NCBI GenBank assembly: GCA_964016885.1
Contig: OZ024742.1
Location: 212,226,001 to 212,290,000 of the forward strand
Source: Eledone cirrhosa
Lineage: Eukaryota
DNA: 64,000 nucleotides
Direction of reading: 5' to 3'
Of this stretch, positions 48,535 through 60,838 are shown in pieces (the first letter of the stretch is position 1; every line of letters starts with the position of its first letter). Both the position numbers and the translations under genes were made by a program. Below the pieces are notes generated by a model. That model was given only the letters and a program-made list of their open reading frames with translations. It searched no databases and was not told the DNA's origin.

Positions 48535-49944
48535 GTATTTACCTTTAAAATTTATATATTTGGTTTAAATGTAATCATGCTGGTGTTATTTTAACTTTCT
48601 GATCACAGGAATCGGTTCATTCCATTGCCTCTGAAAGCTCTTTCAAACTCAGAGAATGTGCCAATTTGAATGGGTTAAGGTAAAGAAAGATGTAAGCTTA
48701 CATGGACATGCAGTTGTAAAGAGAAGACACCTGTTTTCCACATTGATGTCCTAGTTGTCCAAACATTTTATGCTTTTCATTTTTAAAGCAGGTTTGAAAT
48801 GAAATAGGTCTACATCTCTGTTAAATATGGAAATGTCTATATTTGACTCCTGATCAAAGATTACAAATAGGACAATTATTAGATGGGCAATAAGTAACAT
48901 TAAAATTTTGAAATTGGAGTATATGACAGTTGCCTCAAAGCTAATTATAGAAATGTTGAAGCATCAATATAGTTTGGAGTAATGCTAGTCATTACTAGTC
49001 CTAATCAGATCATGCAGAAATATATTTGTGACGTTAATAGTTGTTTCCAGGAAAGGTAAAGTTTTTGGAGACTTAATCCTAATGGACCAAGTAATGAAGG
49101 TTGTGGAGTCCTGGCCAAACTAATATTAGAGAAGTAAAATAAACAGAATGCAGTTTAATATCAGTAAAGGATGTCATGTTTGTTGTGAGAAGTATTTAAC
49201 AAAAGGTATTTATAAATATGTATGCTATATTCATTTATCTGAAGCGTTTTCCTGGGATCCTGTATTCTGTAGTCTAATGATCTGTGACAAAGTTATATAT
49301 TGAAAATAATTTGTTAGATCTTTTCAGAATAAGCAATGTTTTCAGTAAAGAGTATGAAGTATAAAATGGCACCAATGCTCAGATCTTTCATTCTATTTTT
49401 AAAAAACTGTTTAAAGCTGTCTTGTTTATTTGGGGTTTTTTTTTATTTTAAACATTGCCAAATTTATCCAGGTGCTAAAAAATGTTTGAAGTAGCCAGTA
49501 TATATTTTTTTCTGGTCCTCAGCACTGGTGATAGCAGCCAGATAATTTTTTGTTATTTCATAGAAAAAAAAATTGGCTGACATGTTGATATAAATAGACT
49601 AACTTGATATAAAGTAAACTTAATTTAATTTTATAAGTTAAATGTGTGTCAACTTCTACATTTAATCCTATAACTTCTTTCTATCTATGTATCAATCAAT
49701 CATATGTCAGCAATGTATTTTAATTTTTTCTTAAATTAAAATAGTTTGCTGTTAATGTTTGTAATAATACTGTCATTGTTGATGTTAAAATATTTTTGTT
49801 TGATAATATTTGTGTGTTAATCAAATTAATGAATCAATATTCAGTAAAGGTGTTCATGATATTTATACATATTTTTCATGTTTTGTATTTAATGTGTCTG
49901 AAAATTATATTTGGTGTTTTTTTTATTTATTTCTTCCAATATAG

Positions 49945-50075
49945 GGGCCACAAAAAGATCGTTCTCAGCTGTTGATAATAGATAGAGGATTTGATCCTAT
50001 TTCACCTCTTCTCCATGAATTAACTTTCCAGGCTATGGCATACGATCTTCTTCCTATTGAAAATGATGTTTACAA
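49945..50075 (+). CDS. STXBP1: Munc18 coding exon G, 131 nt
   Basis: atatag|GGG CCA...TAC AA|gtaagt; [43 protein letters not shown], the SM-family DRGFDP..PLLHELT motif. Confidence 0.97.
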
Positions 50076-52199
50076 GTAAGTTCAAGACATTTTGAATATG
50101 TCTACCTAGTTAAGTTACTGTTTACATATTTAATGTGAGCATCGAAAATCTGATTAGAAACAATTCTGCAGAGAGTTAAACACATTAATTCAATAACTAT
50201 TATTTTAATCATTTCAACAAATACACAAAACAACTCTGGGTCTGTTTTGATCTTACTAAACCTCTTCATCAAAGTATAGACATCGCTGTACTTAGTGGAG
50301 TAGAGGTAAAATAATCACTAGGTAGATATCCATTGTTGTATACAAGTAGACATTAACAAATCATTAAATTTAATTACTCAGAGACATCATCCAAATAGAA
50401 AACAATAGTAAAGTTAGTGTCAATAAATTTTATGTAGTGAGCATAAAACATCTAATTAGAAATAATTATAAAATAAGGAAAAGATGACATTAACTCGTCG
50501 ATATTGACTGTATTTTAAACAATATACGTTGGTATCTAACGATTTCACTTAATCCTTTCTAATTTAATGGACTGCTTATGTGTTCCAATGTAATCAAGAA
50601 TTTAGTGGGATTATTAGACTGGTGTTTCAAACAACAAATGGTTCATAAAATTAATTCACATATCAACAGTTCAAAACAAGAGTTTTTGTATCATTGAATC
50701 AAACATGTTTCTATGCTAGTTAGTATCAAAAAGTTAATATGTAGTAATGCCAGAAAATTATTGAAATAAGAAACTTTACAAATGTTAGGTTATGAATATG
50801 GTCCTCATTTGTGTCTAAACTTCCTGTTTCATTCTGTTAGTTTGTGATGAAGGTATCTAACTCAATTTAGTCAATTCTAGATCTTAACAAAACAGTGTTA
50901 TCTTTATATATAACTTAATGACTATAGCAAAAGCAGCAAACATTTTAAGGTTTTTTTTTTTTTTTTGAACAGCTTCATGTTCATCATGAGTTCTTTTTGA
51001 AGCAATGTTTTATAGACATGTCCTTCCTGGCACCAACCTTTTTAATCCCCACTTTCAACACTCAAGGATACAGTAGATCTATTCTAAACCAGATCTATTC
51101 AAACTACACAGCTCAATTAAAAAAGCTGGGTAGTTTGATATAGTAATTTCAAGCTAAATGAATGCTTCATTTTTTATTGTGTGGCTGTAAGAATGCAAAC
51201 TAATTAACACCTTATTCATTATCATTGTCCAAATTTTCCTTTGTATGCTTCTGCTTCAGTTACCATTAACTGCCAACCTGTTGTTCAGTACATCCCTTAG
51301 ATTTATTTATTATTCGCATCTCATTTCTTTTCAGTCATTGCAGGTCCCCTACTTTCCTGCCCTGGTTTGAGTGCCAAATACCATAACACTTATGGATATC
51401 AGCAAGGCCTAGAAGATAAGTTGTTGGATTTTGTGCAAAGGAATCAAGTTATATTCCAGTTGGCAAATGGAATTACACTTAATTCATTTAAGTCTTTGCT
51501 ATAATAGTTTCAAAATGACCCTAACTTGAGGTTAATATTCACAGTGCAGTCTCAAAGAAGTTATGGGTTTGTTCTCTTTTCATTAGTGATATACATATAA
51601 AACAAAATAATGTATCTAAATTCTATTTTTACATGTACTAGAGTTGGTTTGTCAAAATAAGGCCTAGTTTTTAAATTCTATAAATCTAGTTATTGTGTTA
51701 TTGCTAGTTCCATGATGATCCTGAAAAGATTTTCCATTTACCAATCCTTATACTGTTATCACTAATGATTAAAAATCTGAAAATGCTTTCTGCTAAACAT
51801 GTAAATTTAACTTTAGTGCACTTGTGGAGTGATGCATTATCTGTATCTGTTCTACATAAAAATCCAACTTCTTGTTCCCTGCAGTTTTTATTAATTCCAA
51901 ATATTGCTTTGAAATTTCAAATCTCTAGTTATTTTCTCTTTATTCAACAAAGTTTCAAGGTTCTAAAATAAATTTTAAAACTTTTGAATTAACGTAACTA
52001 TAGAAGCTTTGGGATTTTTGTAATAATTCATTACTTATTTCCCCTTCATTATTATTATTATTGTATAAACTTGAATTTTTCTGCAATTCAAAACTTCTTT
52101 GTATTGCATCTCAATTTTATGTCACCTCATTTCTGAAGACTAATGTTTTCAGGTTCAATCTGTCTACTCTTTCCCAAGTCTTCTTAGATCTGCCTCTTT

Positions 52200-52470
52200 T
52201 CATCATCACTGTTTTACGTCCGTTCTTCCACGCTAGCATGGGTTAGACGGGTTGTCCTGTTGTGGGCAGTGTCTGGTCGGCTGACCATGCCTTGCTCATA
52301 CAGGAACTGATTTGGCTTGATTTCTACAGCTGGATGCTCTTCCTAACACCAACCTCATTTATAGTGAGTGCTGGGTGCTTTTTCGTGGCGCCTACACGTC
52401 CACTTTACAGTGTGGGCTGGATGCTTTTTTGCCGTGGCACCTCCACGACCACCTTGCGGTGGGGGGTGTG
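52200..52470 (-). mobile_element. RTE-tail short element; same family in + orientation at 58290-58572
   Basis: ggatgctcttcctaacacc, cacgctagcatgggttagacggg, (atc)n tail. Confidence 0.82.
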
Positions 52471-53567
52471 GGGGCATATTGTCTATATGCTTCAGCTTGT
52501 ACCCATGGGAGGTCGGGTATTATTAGTATTTTTCATTATCATATCATAGTACCTTTTAATCCAGCAAGTATTATTACCAGTTTGCCTTATATACATCTAC
52601 CAATGCTTTTAGTGTGTAGATATATTTTAAATTCACATGTCCTCAGATCCATACTTATTCCTTTGAACTTATTCCAAACATTCTTGTCCATGTTTGATCA
52701 ACTACCCTACATTATAACTCTCTTCATTTCCAAGACTAATTATCATCCAGCTAACAGAATTTATCTACAATTTCAATGTGAAGACTTTACCTGTTAAACA
52801 TTGTGACCCTGTTTAGTATACTTCATTTGCAGTCTTAACCATATTTTCCTTTTATTTTAGTCAATCTTTCAGCTTTGATTTGTTTCTAACTGCAGAAATT
52901 GTTGAACCACTTGGCATTCAGCTTTGAATTTTTACATGATTGCCTCAAGACTAAGATAAAAATTTGAAGATACTTGTATACAAAATTCTTCTCTCGGCTC
53001 CCTCACTATCGATCTGATTTTACTTCCAACGCAAAACCTGAATAACTTCCAAAAACTATTCATCCCATCTAGATTCCTCATTGCCTATCAAACTATTGGA
53101 TGTGGAAGCTTCACTGGTGTCGTTTAACTGTCAAATGTAAATTAATTGTTTGTAATTAACAAAGCATTTATCTTGCAGTTGTACCTCAAGAAATGATACC
53201 TCATACTCTAGTACTTATCCAAAGTGTATTTTGCCAAAACCAAAGCAATCCTATTTTAACTGTGCTAACTCTTCCTACTGCTTTCATTATTTCATTTATA
53301 AATTTGAAGTATCTATAATTTTATTTGTGAGTGAATATATTTTATCTTTATTCCTACCAGTGATGATACTGTTATGTCAGTCATCTCATAATATATTCCA
53401 ATCATGTGCAATGCTTAGATGTGTGTAACACGTACTCACCCTGATGCTTTGAGCAACTTAGCTATTATTACTGTAACCCAATGCAGAAAAAATATGATAT
53501 GGGACTTCTTTCAAGAAGCAGCAATTTTTTTTAGTTTTCTTACTGATGTTTATATCACATACATATT

Positions 53568-53722
53568 ATGGGCTTTCGCAGTTTCCATCTAACCAATTCT
53601 AATCACAAGGTATTGGTCAACTGAGGCTATGGTAAAAGACACTGACTCAGACTGCCATTCAGTAGAATCAAACCCTGAATTGCATGATTGTGAAGTGAAC
53701 TTATTACCTATAGTCATGCTTG
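53568..53722 (-). mobile_element. Decayed SINE family 3 5' part
   Basis: Similar to 58990-59122. Confidence 0.6.
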
Positions 53723-53906
53723 AATATAATAATCCCCCCCCCCCCCTCCAAACGCACACCTATCTCCTTTTAATCAATATGTTCAATATCCCTCATCTAA
53801 CCTGTTGAAATATTCTTTATGATAATGTTTTCAGATTATGTATCATTTAAAATAGCCTATTATTATTTTTTAAGATGAATTGTTTTTTTATTGATATTCT
53901 TTCTAG

Positions 53907-54014
53907 ATATGTAAATATAGGTGGTAATGAAGTACCCGAAAAAGAAGTACTTTTAGATGAAAATGATGACTTGTGGGTTGAAATGCGACACCAACATATT
54001 GCAGTCGTCTCTCA
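53907..54014 (+). CDS. STXBP1: Munc18 coding exon H, 108 nt
   Basis: ttctag|A TAT...TCT CA|gtaagt; [35 protein letters not shown]. Confidence 0.96.
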
Positions 54015-54074
54015 GTAAGTTTAGCAACAGTTTTCATAATTTGTTCTTGTATCACAAGTATTAGAAAACAAATG

Positions 54075-54615
54075 TTACCAGTGTGGACTGGGTGCTTTTT
54101 ATTGTGGCACTAAAATAACCACCTTACAGGGTGGACTGGATGCATTTTGTCATTGTCACTAGCATGATCACCTAACAAGGTGGACTGGTTACTTTTTGTC
54201 GTGTCACCAGCACAACCACCTTACAGGGTGAACTGGGTACTTTTTCTTGTGTCACCATCACAACCACCTTATAGGATGGACTGGGTGCTTTTGTTGTGGC
54301 ACTGGATCAGCATACAGGGTGGATTTAGTGTGTTTTGTCGTGGTAACAGCATTATGGAAGATCAGATGTCGAGCGTGTCCAGCTTTCATGGTTGTGTGTA
54401 TGGGTTGGGCAGACAAGAATGGGGAGATTGAATGGAGAGTGGGTAAGAGAACATTGTTGTAGACTATTGTGTCCTGTACATGCTTGTTTTATTTCATTTT
54501 GTGCACATGGGAAGGTCTTCTGCAGTACAGCATGACACCAATGATCTCTATCCTGTGCCATCTCCTTTGAGAGGTTTAAATGGGCATGGTCAATGTTTAT
54601 CACTTCATCCTCCAT
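54075..54615 (-). mobile_element. RTE 3' end with an about 52-bp unit amplified 5-6 times
   Basis: Repeated ttacagggtggactgg....tttt..gtcacc; minus-strand LNLSKEMAQDRDHW. Confidence 0.75.
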
Positions 54616-54842
54616 TGTTTCTGTTGAATTTAAAACAGATAAATGTAATGTAAAAATGGTGATTAAAATGACCTAACAGAAGTAAACATTATAGTTTTAT
54701 TAATGTACTTATTTTTGGATGTTTTATTGTTTTAATGTGTGTGCTTAAATTGGCTGGTTGGATATGAGGTTTTCTTCTTAATCTTTCTGATTTGATTTGA
54801 TTTAATTTGTCTGTAAATATATGAAATAATTGATCATCATAG

Positions 54843-55050
54843 AAATGTGACCAAGAAGTTAAAGCAGTTTGCCGATGCAAAGAGAATGGGTACAGCCGAT
54901 AAAGCCGGAATTAAAGATTTGTCACAGATGTTAAAAAAGATGCCACAATACCAAAAAGAACTTTCCAAATATTCCACACATCTCCACTTAGCTGAAGACT
55001 GCATGAAACAGTACCAACAGCATGTGGACAAACTGTGTAAAGTAGAACAG
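54843..55050 (+). CDS. STXBP1: Munc18 coding exon I, 208 nt (domain 3a)
   Basis: tcatag|A AAT GTG...GAA CAG|gtttgt; [69 protein letters not shown]. Confidence 0.97.
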
Positions 55051-55455
55051 GTTTGTCTTTTTAATTTCTTTCAATTTTCTTTACTTATTCTTTTTCATTA
55101 AAAAAAACATTTTTTTTTTTTTAGATATATAATTGCGAATATATATTTTAGAGATATAATTGAGAAAGATGTAACAAGTGACCATTTAGTTGTTAAACTC
55201 ATTTTAATGAAATGAATTCATTAGTGGACTAAATCATGATCATCATAATCACCGTTTACCATCCATTTTTCCAAAAAACATTTTTTACTGATGATGTTAT
55301 TTAATTACCTTGTTGAAAATATTTCTTGTGTTTATTAAATTGTTGGTGCAAGATAATTGTTAAATTCCAAGTATAAAGGGAAATATTGAATATGTATAAT
55401 CTCTTATAATGTTTGTTTATGACTTCAGTGAAATTTTTCTTATAATATTCAACAG

Positions 55456-55594
55456 GATCTTGCAATGGGAACAGATGCTGATGGAGAGAAAATCAAGGAC
55501 CACATGAGAAACATTGTACCAATTTTGTTAGACCAAAAAATAACAGCTTATGATAAGATTAGAATAATTCTTCTATATATAATTCATAAAGGCG
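55456..55594 (+). CDS. STXBP1: Munc18 coding exon J, 139 nt
   Basis: caacag|GAT CTT...GGC G|gtactt; [46 protein letters not shown]. Confidence 0.97.
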
Positions 55595-55897
55595 GTACTT
55601 ATTCCCTTTATTTTTATTTGAAATTCATAAAAGAAATTAATTTACTTTATAGGGTGAAAATCTGTTGTTTTTTTTGTTGTTGTTTTTTTGTTGTTTTTTT
55701 TTTTCAAATGAAATTCCTTTTAACAAATTAAGTTTTAAAGCATGATAAATTTATGAAAAATGCTAATAATTGGAAATAAATAATGTTGCATTCATTTTCT
55801 TTCTTTCATAAATAAGGAAATAATGTTTTTCGTTAACTGAAAATAGTATAATTCTATAAAAATATCCATCACTGACAATTAAATGTAAACCTTTCAG

Positions 55898-56007
55898 GTA
55901 TTTCTGAAGAGAATTTAGCCAAACTTGTTCAACATGCACATATCCCAGCCGAAGAAAAATGGATTATAAATGATATGCAACATCTTGGGGTTCCAATTAT
56001 TCAAGAT
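55898..56007 (+). CDS. STXBP1: Munc18 coding exon K, 110 nt, last constitutive exon in the window; the gene continues downstream
   Basis: tttcag|GT ATT...CAA GAT|gtgagt; (G)[36 protein letters not shown]. Confidence 0.96.
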
Positions 56008-58289
56008 GTGAGTAGGTTTAATCAACCCTTTTTTGGCACTCACTATTTTTATATATAATTTACTTTTTATTGCCAACACTGGCAATTTTTCAGTTTCAAC
56101 TTTTTTTAAAATTATTTTGAAAATCTTTTTCAAGAATTTTTTGTTAAAATCTATTAAATTCCTAAATTCTATCTATGAGATTGCATTTTTCTCATGTCAC
56201 AGTTAACACCCACAGATTATACCAATTTGTAGAAAAGCATCATTGTTGTATAAACTGCATGCACTTTATTACAATTCCTGTGAGTTCACGTCACTCCTCT
56301 CACATCCATGAAAATCTTTCAATTTGATTTAGAAAAAAAAAAGAAAAAACACTTTGATCAAGTACATTCAACATATTTTCAGATACCAATTCTTTTCATA
56401 CACTATCAGTTTATTTTATTTCAACAAATCTTTCAAAGATTTTTTTTAAATCAAACTTTGTTTTCATCAGTTGATGAATATTTGATCACATTTAATTTGA
56501 AACTGCTGAAATGTATACGACTAAATGGAAGTTATTAGCCCTTTCCTTTTCTTTAGCCATTGATAAATTTGCATTCCTAAAACTGAGCTATGAATTTATT
56601 GAAACCATTAAAACCCTTTTTTTTAGTATATTTTCATAAATTAGTTATTTTGAATTGAAAATATTTATTTACTGACTTTAAAAAAATATATTTTTTCAGA
56701 TAGTTTATCTCAACTTTTTTTTGGCCAAATCTGAATGTAACACTTCCACATTAGTTTTTCCATCACCTTGGGCTTCTTTCCATCCAGATAATGAACACAT
56801 AACCTACAGTTTTTCATTATCTATCTCTTTATATTATATAAACACACACAACCACACAATTCAATTTGTTGAAGCAAAACTGAATTTGTCATTTCTCTCA
56901 TATGCTTGGTCTCTTTTGATTTTACTTGGTTTCGTTTGTGGCCCTTTTTTTTTTCTTTTTCTTTTTGATTTACAGTACAATGGAGATATTTGTGAGAACT
57001 AATTATATGATTGATCTTCTTCTCAGTTTAAATATGCCAAGATATGTGTATTATATTTCTGAAAAAGATATGAAAACTCTGGGAGGTGGGTTTTCCTTTT
57101 CTTCCATCTGCTCTCTTCTAAAATATTTTTAAAATTTATAAATTCTACAAAAGCAAAACGATTATTTTACATGTGACAATTTCACAATCAGTGTTGTTTT
57201 GTTTATTTTTATGATGTTTATACAAAATATTATTCTCAGTTCAATATCTGATATTTTAAGGCCATTTTTCACTTATGAACTGGATATTTGAGTGTAATCT
57301 TAGATCCAAACACGTTGGATATTACAAAATGTGTTTCCAAGTATTTACACTTTTTCTTTCTTATTTTTAGTTTAAATTCATATAAAGATTCAATATCTCA
57401 AATACATTTAATTACATCACCAATAAATAAATAAATGATAGGCTTTATTATAAGAGAAGATATGGACAACCTCATTCTTCTAACCAATGTTAGAAGGAAA
57501 TTGATATATTTCCCCAAAAATTTGAAATTTGATCAAAAAATATGTGAATAGGACCTTCGATAGTGCAAATAATTCTGTATTGTTGCTGGGGCCCAAGAGA
57601 AATTGTTGTCTCTTATTTTCAACACTAGAAAATGGTGTTGTAGAAGTAATTAGGCTTTTAAAGTTTTTTTCAGAATTCATAAAGTAATATATGATCTAAG
57701 ATTTATATTTTACACTGGCAATTCAGTCAGCAATGTTGATTTAACTTTACTGGTAAAATACAACTAAGAGAATCTTTCTTAATCTAAATAAATATATTTC
57801 ATTATTGTTTTAGTTAAATGAGTATATAGCCTTAATATAGTTCTTTATTCACATAAAATAACTAAGATGAAAGAAGCCAACAGTGATCCTTTTCATAGTC
57901 ACTTGATCTGCTAGAAATACCAGCCAAACCTCCCACAAATCACATGCTATAGTTTTTGAAAAGGAGCACACATTATGCCGGGGATCCTAGATATTGTGTC
58001 TGAAAACAATAGTGGATGGTGGAATGCCTTTTGACCAAAGGTCTGCATGATCAGAACTGATTTATGGCTATACTTTTTATGACTGTAAAATTATTAGGTA
58101 TGCTTATTTTAGAGAGTTAATTTATTTCTTAAATTTCTTTTCACTCTAGAATTTAGCCATTATAAATTCTTGAATATTTAAAATTTTCATATTCTCTGAA
58201 TAACTTTTTTAAGTATATATATAATTGGGAATAACTTAAAATAGTGATTCAGAGAATATATATATATATAAGCTGAAGCATATAGACAA

Positions 58290-58572
58290 TATACCCGCCT
58301 CCTACTTCAAAGTGGTTGTGGAGGTGTCACCACAAAAAAGCACCCAGTTGACACTGTAAAGTGGTCGTGTAGGCGCCATGGTAAAAAAGCACCCAGTACT
58401 TACTGTAAATTGGTTTTAAGGAAGGCATCCAGCTGTAGAAACCGAGCCAAAATCAGTTCTGTATGAACAAGACATGGTCACCTGACCTGGCATTGCCCAC
58501 AACAGGACAACCCGTCTAACCCATGCTAGCGTGGAAACATTGATATAAAACGGTGATGATGATGATGATGAT
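58290..58572 (+). mobile_element. RTE-tail short element
   Basis: Reverse complement of 52200-52470. Confidence 0.82.
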
Positions 58573-58805
58573 ATATATATATATATACTTACTTACAATA
58601 TGGAATTACATTGTTTACCAGAAATAATTCCATTTTTAAATCTATCATAATTTACATATTGTGGAGAAAAGTCAAATTTGATTGCTGCAAACGTATTTAG
58701 TATTTTTAAACATAATTTTTAGATTTAATAGCGAAGTGTTTTCCTTGTCTTAAATGAGGCATCTTATGACTTGTAAAATGTCTTCATTAATAGTTAAACT
58801 GTTAG

Positions 58806-59122
58806 TTCATTCTTTCTTTCACTGGTTTCAATCATTAGACTGTGGTCATGCTAGGGCACTGCCTTAAAGGCAATCATATTGAGGCCAGTGCCTTTTTTTT
58901 TTTTTTTCAAAATCCGTTACTTATTGATGTTTTTGTCAAATTGCTAAATTATGGGACATATACACAGACATGAACACACACATGATGAATATCTGCAGTT
59001 TCACTCAAGGCATTGATCAACCCAAGACTATAGTAGGACACTTGCCCAGGGTGCTGCATAGTGGGACTGAACCCAAAACCATGTGATTACAAACCAAATC
59101 CTTAACCACACAACCAAGCTTG
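58806..59122 (-). mobile_element. tRNA-CORE SINE family 3 with CR1-type tail
   Basis: Minus strand: A box tggttgtgtgg, B box ggttcagtccc, CORE-like accctgggcaagtg, tail ggcagtgccctagcatgaccacag...gaaaccagtgaaagaaag. Confidence 0.78.
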
Positions 59123-60096
59123 CATGTATTAATTGATTCTCATATTTTCTGCTTGATTATTCATACAAACACTCATTTTTCAGGAATATGATCTTCATGT
59201 TGTTTGATTTCATTATTTTAAAGTGGAAATTTTGCTTTATTTATTTTGAATCTGTTTTGATGTTAATTCTAGATATGTTTAATTATACTGTACCGTTTTC
59301 TAATGATAATTTGATGTGTCAGCATGATATATCTATTTTATCTAAATGAGGTTCATTAAAAGTTGAGCCTATATATATTCAAATAATGCATTCTTATTAA
59401 CGTAAAATATTAGTAGAAGGGCAGTGGAGGATGAGTTGGATGAGTAAAAAAGAAAATGAATATTTTATGTAACTAAATCACTAGTTTGATTTTAAAAACG
59501 CCTTTTTTAAAAAAAAAAAAGAGAGATCGATTTTGAACTATAAAATTTCCAAATTAAACTATTCAAATGGGAATGAAAGAAAAACCAATTTGAAAATACT
59601 ATTATCATGAAACATGTATCTTGGCAAAAATTTGAATTAATGTAATGAAAACTAGAATATCAGTATTGAATTTTATATGGAATTAATATAGGTAAAAGCG
59701 TTTTATTTATATTGATTTTTAAGATATTTCTGTAAGCAGATTTTTTTTCGTCAAATGTCTAAAAATCAGTGGTGGAAAATAATTTTTTGTTTTACACAGA
59801 AACTGTTTTTAGTATGTGAATTAGAAAATTATATTCTTTGTTCTACTATTGTGGTAATGGTTATGCAGCAAAGATCTATTTAGCTGAGAATAAAAACACC
59901 TACTAGTAAAGAGAAAATGTATTCATTTGCTTTTAGTTTTAAATACGAAGCATTTCTTATTTAACACTTTTCAGGTCTTGGTAGTTGTAAGGGCAGTAGT
60001 CATATCTTTAATATAAACTAATCTAAATGTTTGTTTTTTTTTATAACTTTTAGTGTTGCTTTCATTTAAGAAAACATTTTGTAGCTGTATAATTAA

Positions 60097-60293
60097 CCCT
60101 TTAGCATTCACATTACTCTATATATACTATTATATTTTCATGGTAAAGCCTTTACCTCACATAATATCAAATCTATGAGATTTTGAAAGTATTTATTTTG
60201 AGAACAATAGCTTAACATCAGTTTGAGCGACCAGCTACAGCCAGTTTCAACAGAAAGAGGTAGAGAATTCTGGCCAGTTTGAACACTAAAGGG
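60097..60293 (-). mobile_element. piggyBac-type MITE
   Basis: TTAA TSDs and ccctttag/ctaaaggg ends. Confidence 0.87.
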
Positions 60294-60673
60294 TTAAAAT
60301 TGCTTTATAAAAATTGGTATATAAATTATAGTGTGGTGTATTGTGGAGAATAGATAAAGCAGTATTTGTCTAATGTAGCTTCAGTGACATTTCTTAACAA
60401 ATATTCTAATTTGTTACATTTTTCTTGCAAATATTAAGTTTCTATAAATCTTTACTCTTATTGTCCACTCCTATTACAATTTGCTTTTTGCTTCCATATT
60501 CTGAAGTTACTTTGTGACTATTTCATCAATGTTTTGCTCATATTCTCAAAGTTAATAGCAAAAAATATTGCTTGTATTTTTAGCTGCCTTCGTCTAAATA
60601 ACTGGTTGTTTACTGTTATTAGCTCAAGTATTGCTAGTCAAGATTTTTACATACCTGTTTATTTTTCATACTA

Positions 60674-60838
60674 CAGTGAAATTCCGTTATAACGAAATTC
60701 ACGGAGTATTTAAAAAAATTTGTTGTAACAAAAAATTCTTTATAAAGAGATCGACTGAAACAAATCGAAGATTGAAAAAAATGTTGTTATACTGAAAAAT
60801 TCATTATAATGGTATTCGTTATAACGGTATTTTACCTG
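60674..60838. mobile_element. pogo/Tigger-type MITE
   Basis: TA-cagtgaaattccgttataacgaa...ttcgttataacggtattttacctg-TA. Confidence 0.8.

Noticed and set aside
49040-49330. Faint RTE RT remnant
   Set aside because: Too decayed to delimit confidently
59184-60591. Other microexon candidates (59184 15 nt, 59975 12 nt, 60584 8 nt)
   Set aside because: Weak donors or short pyrimidine tracts; expected by chance in an AT-rich intron
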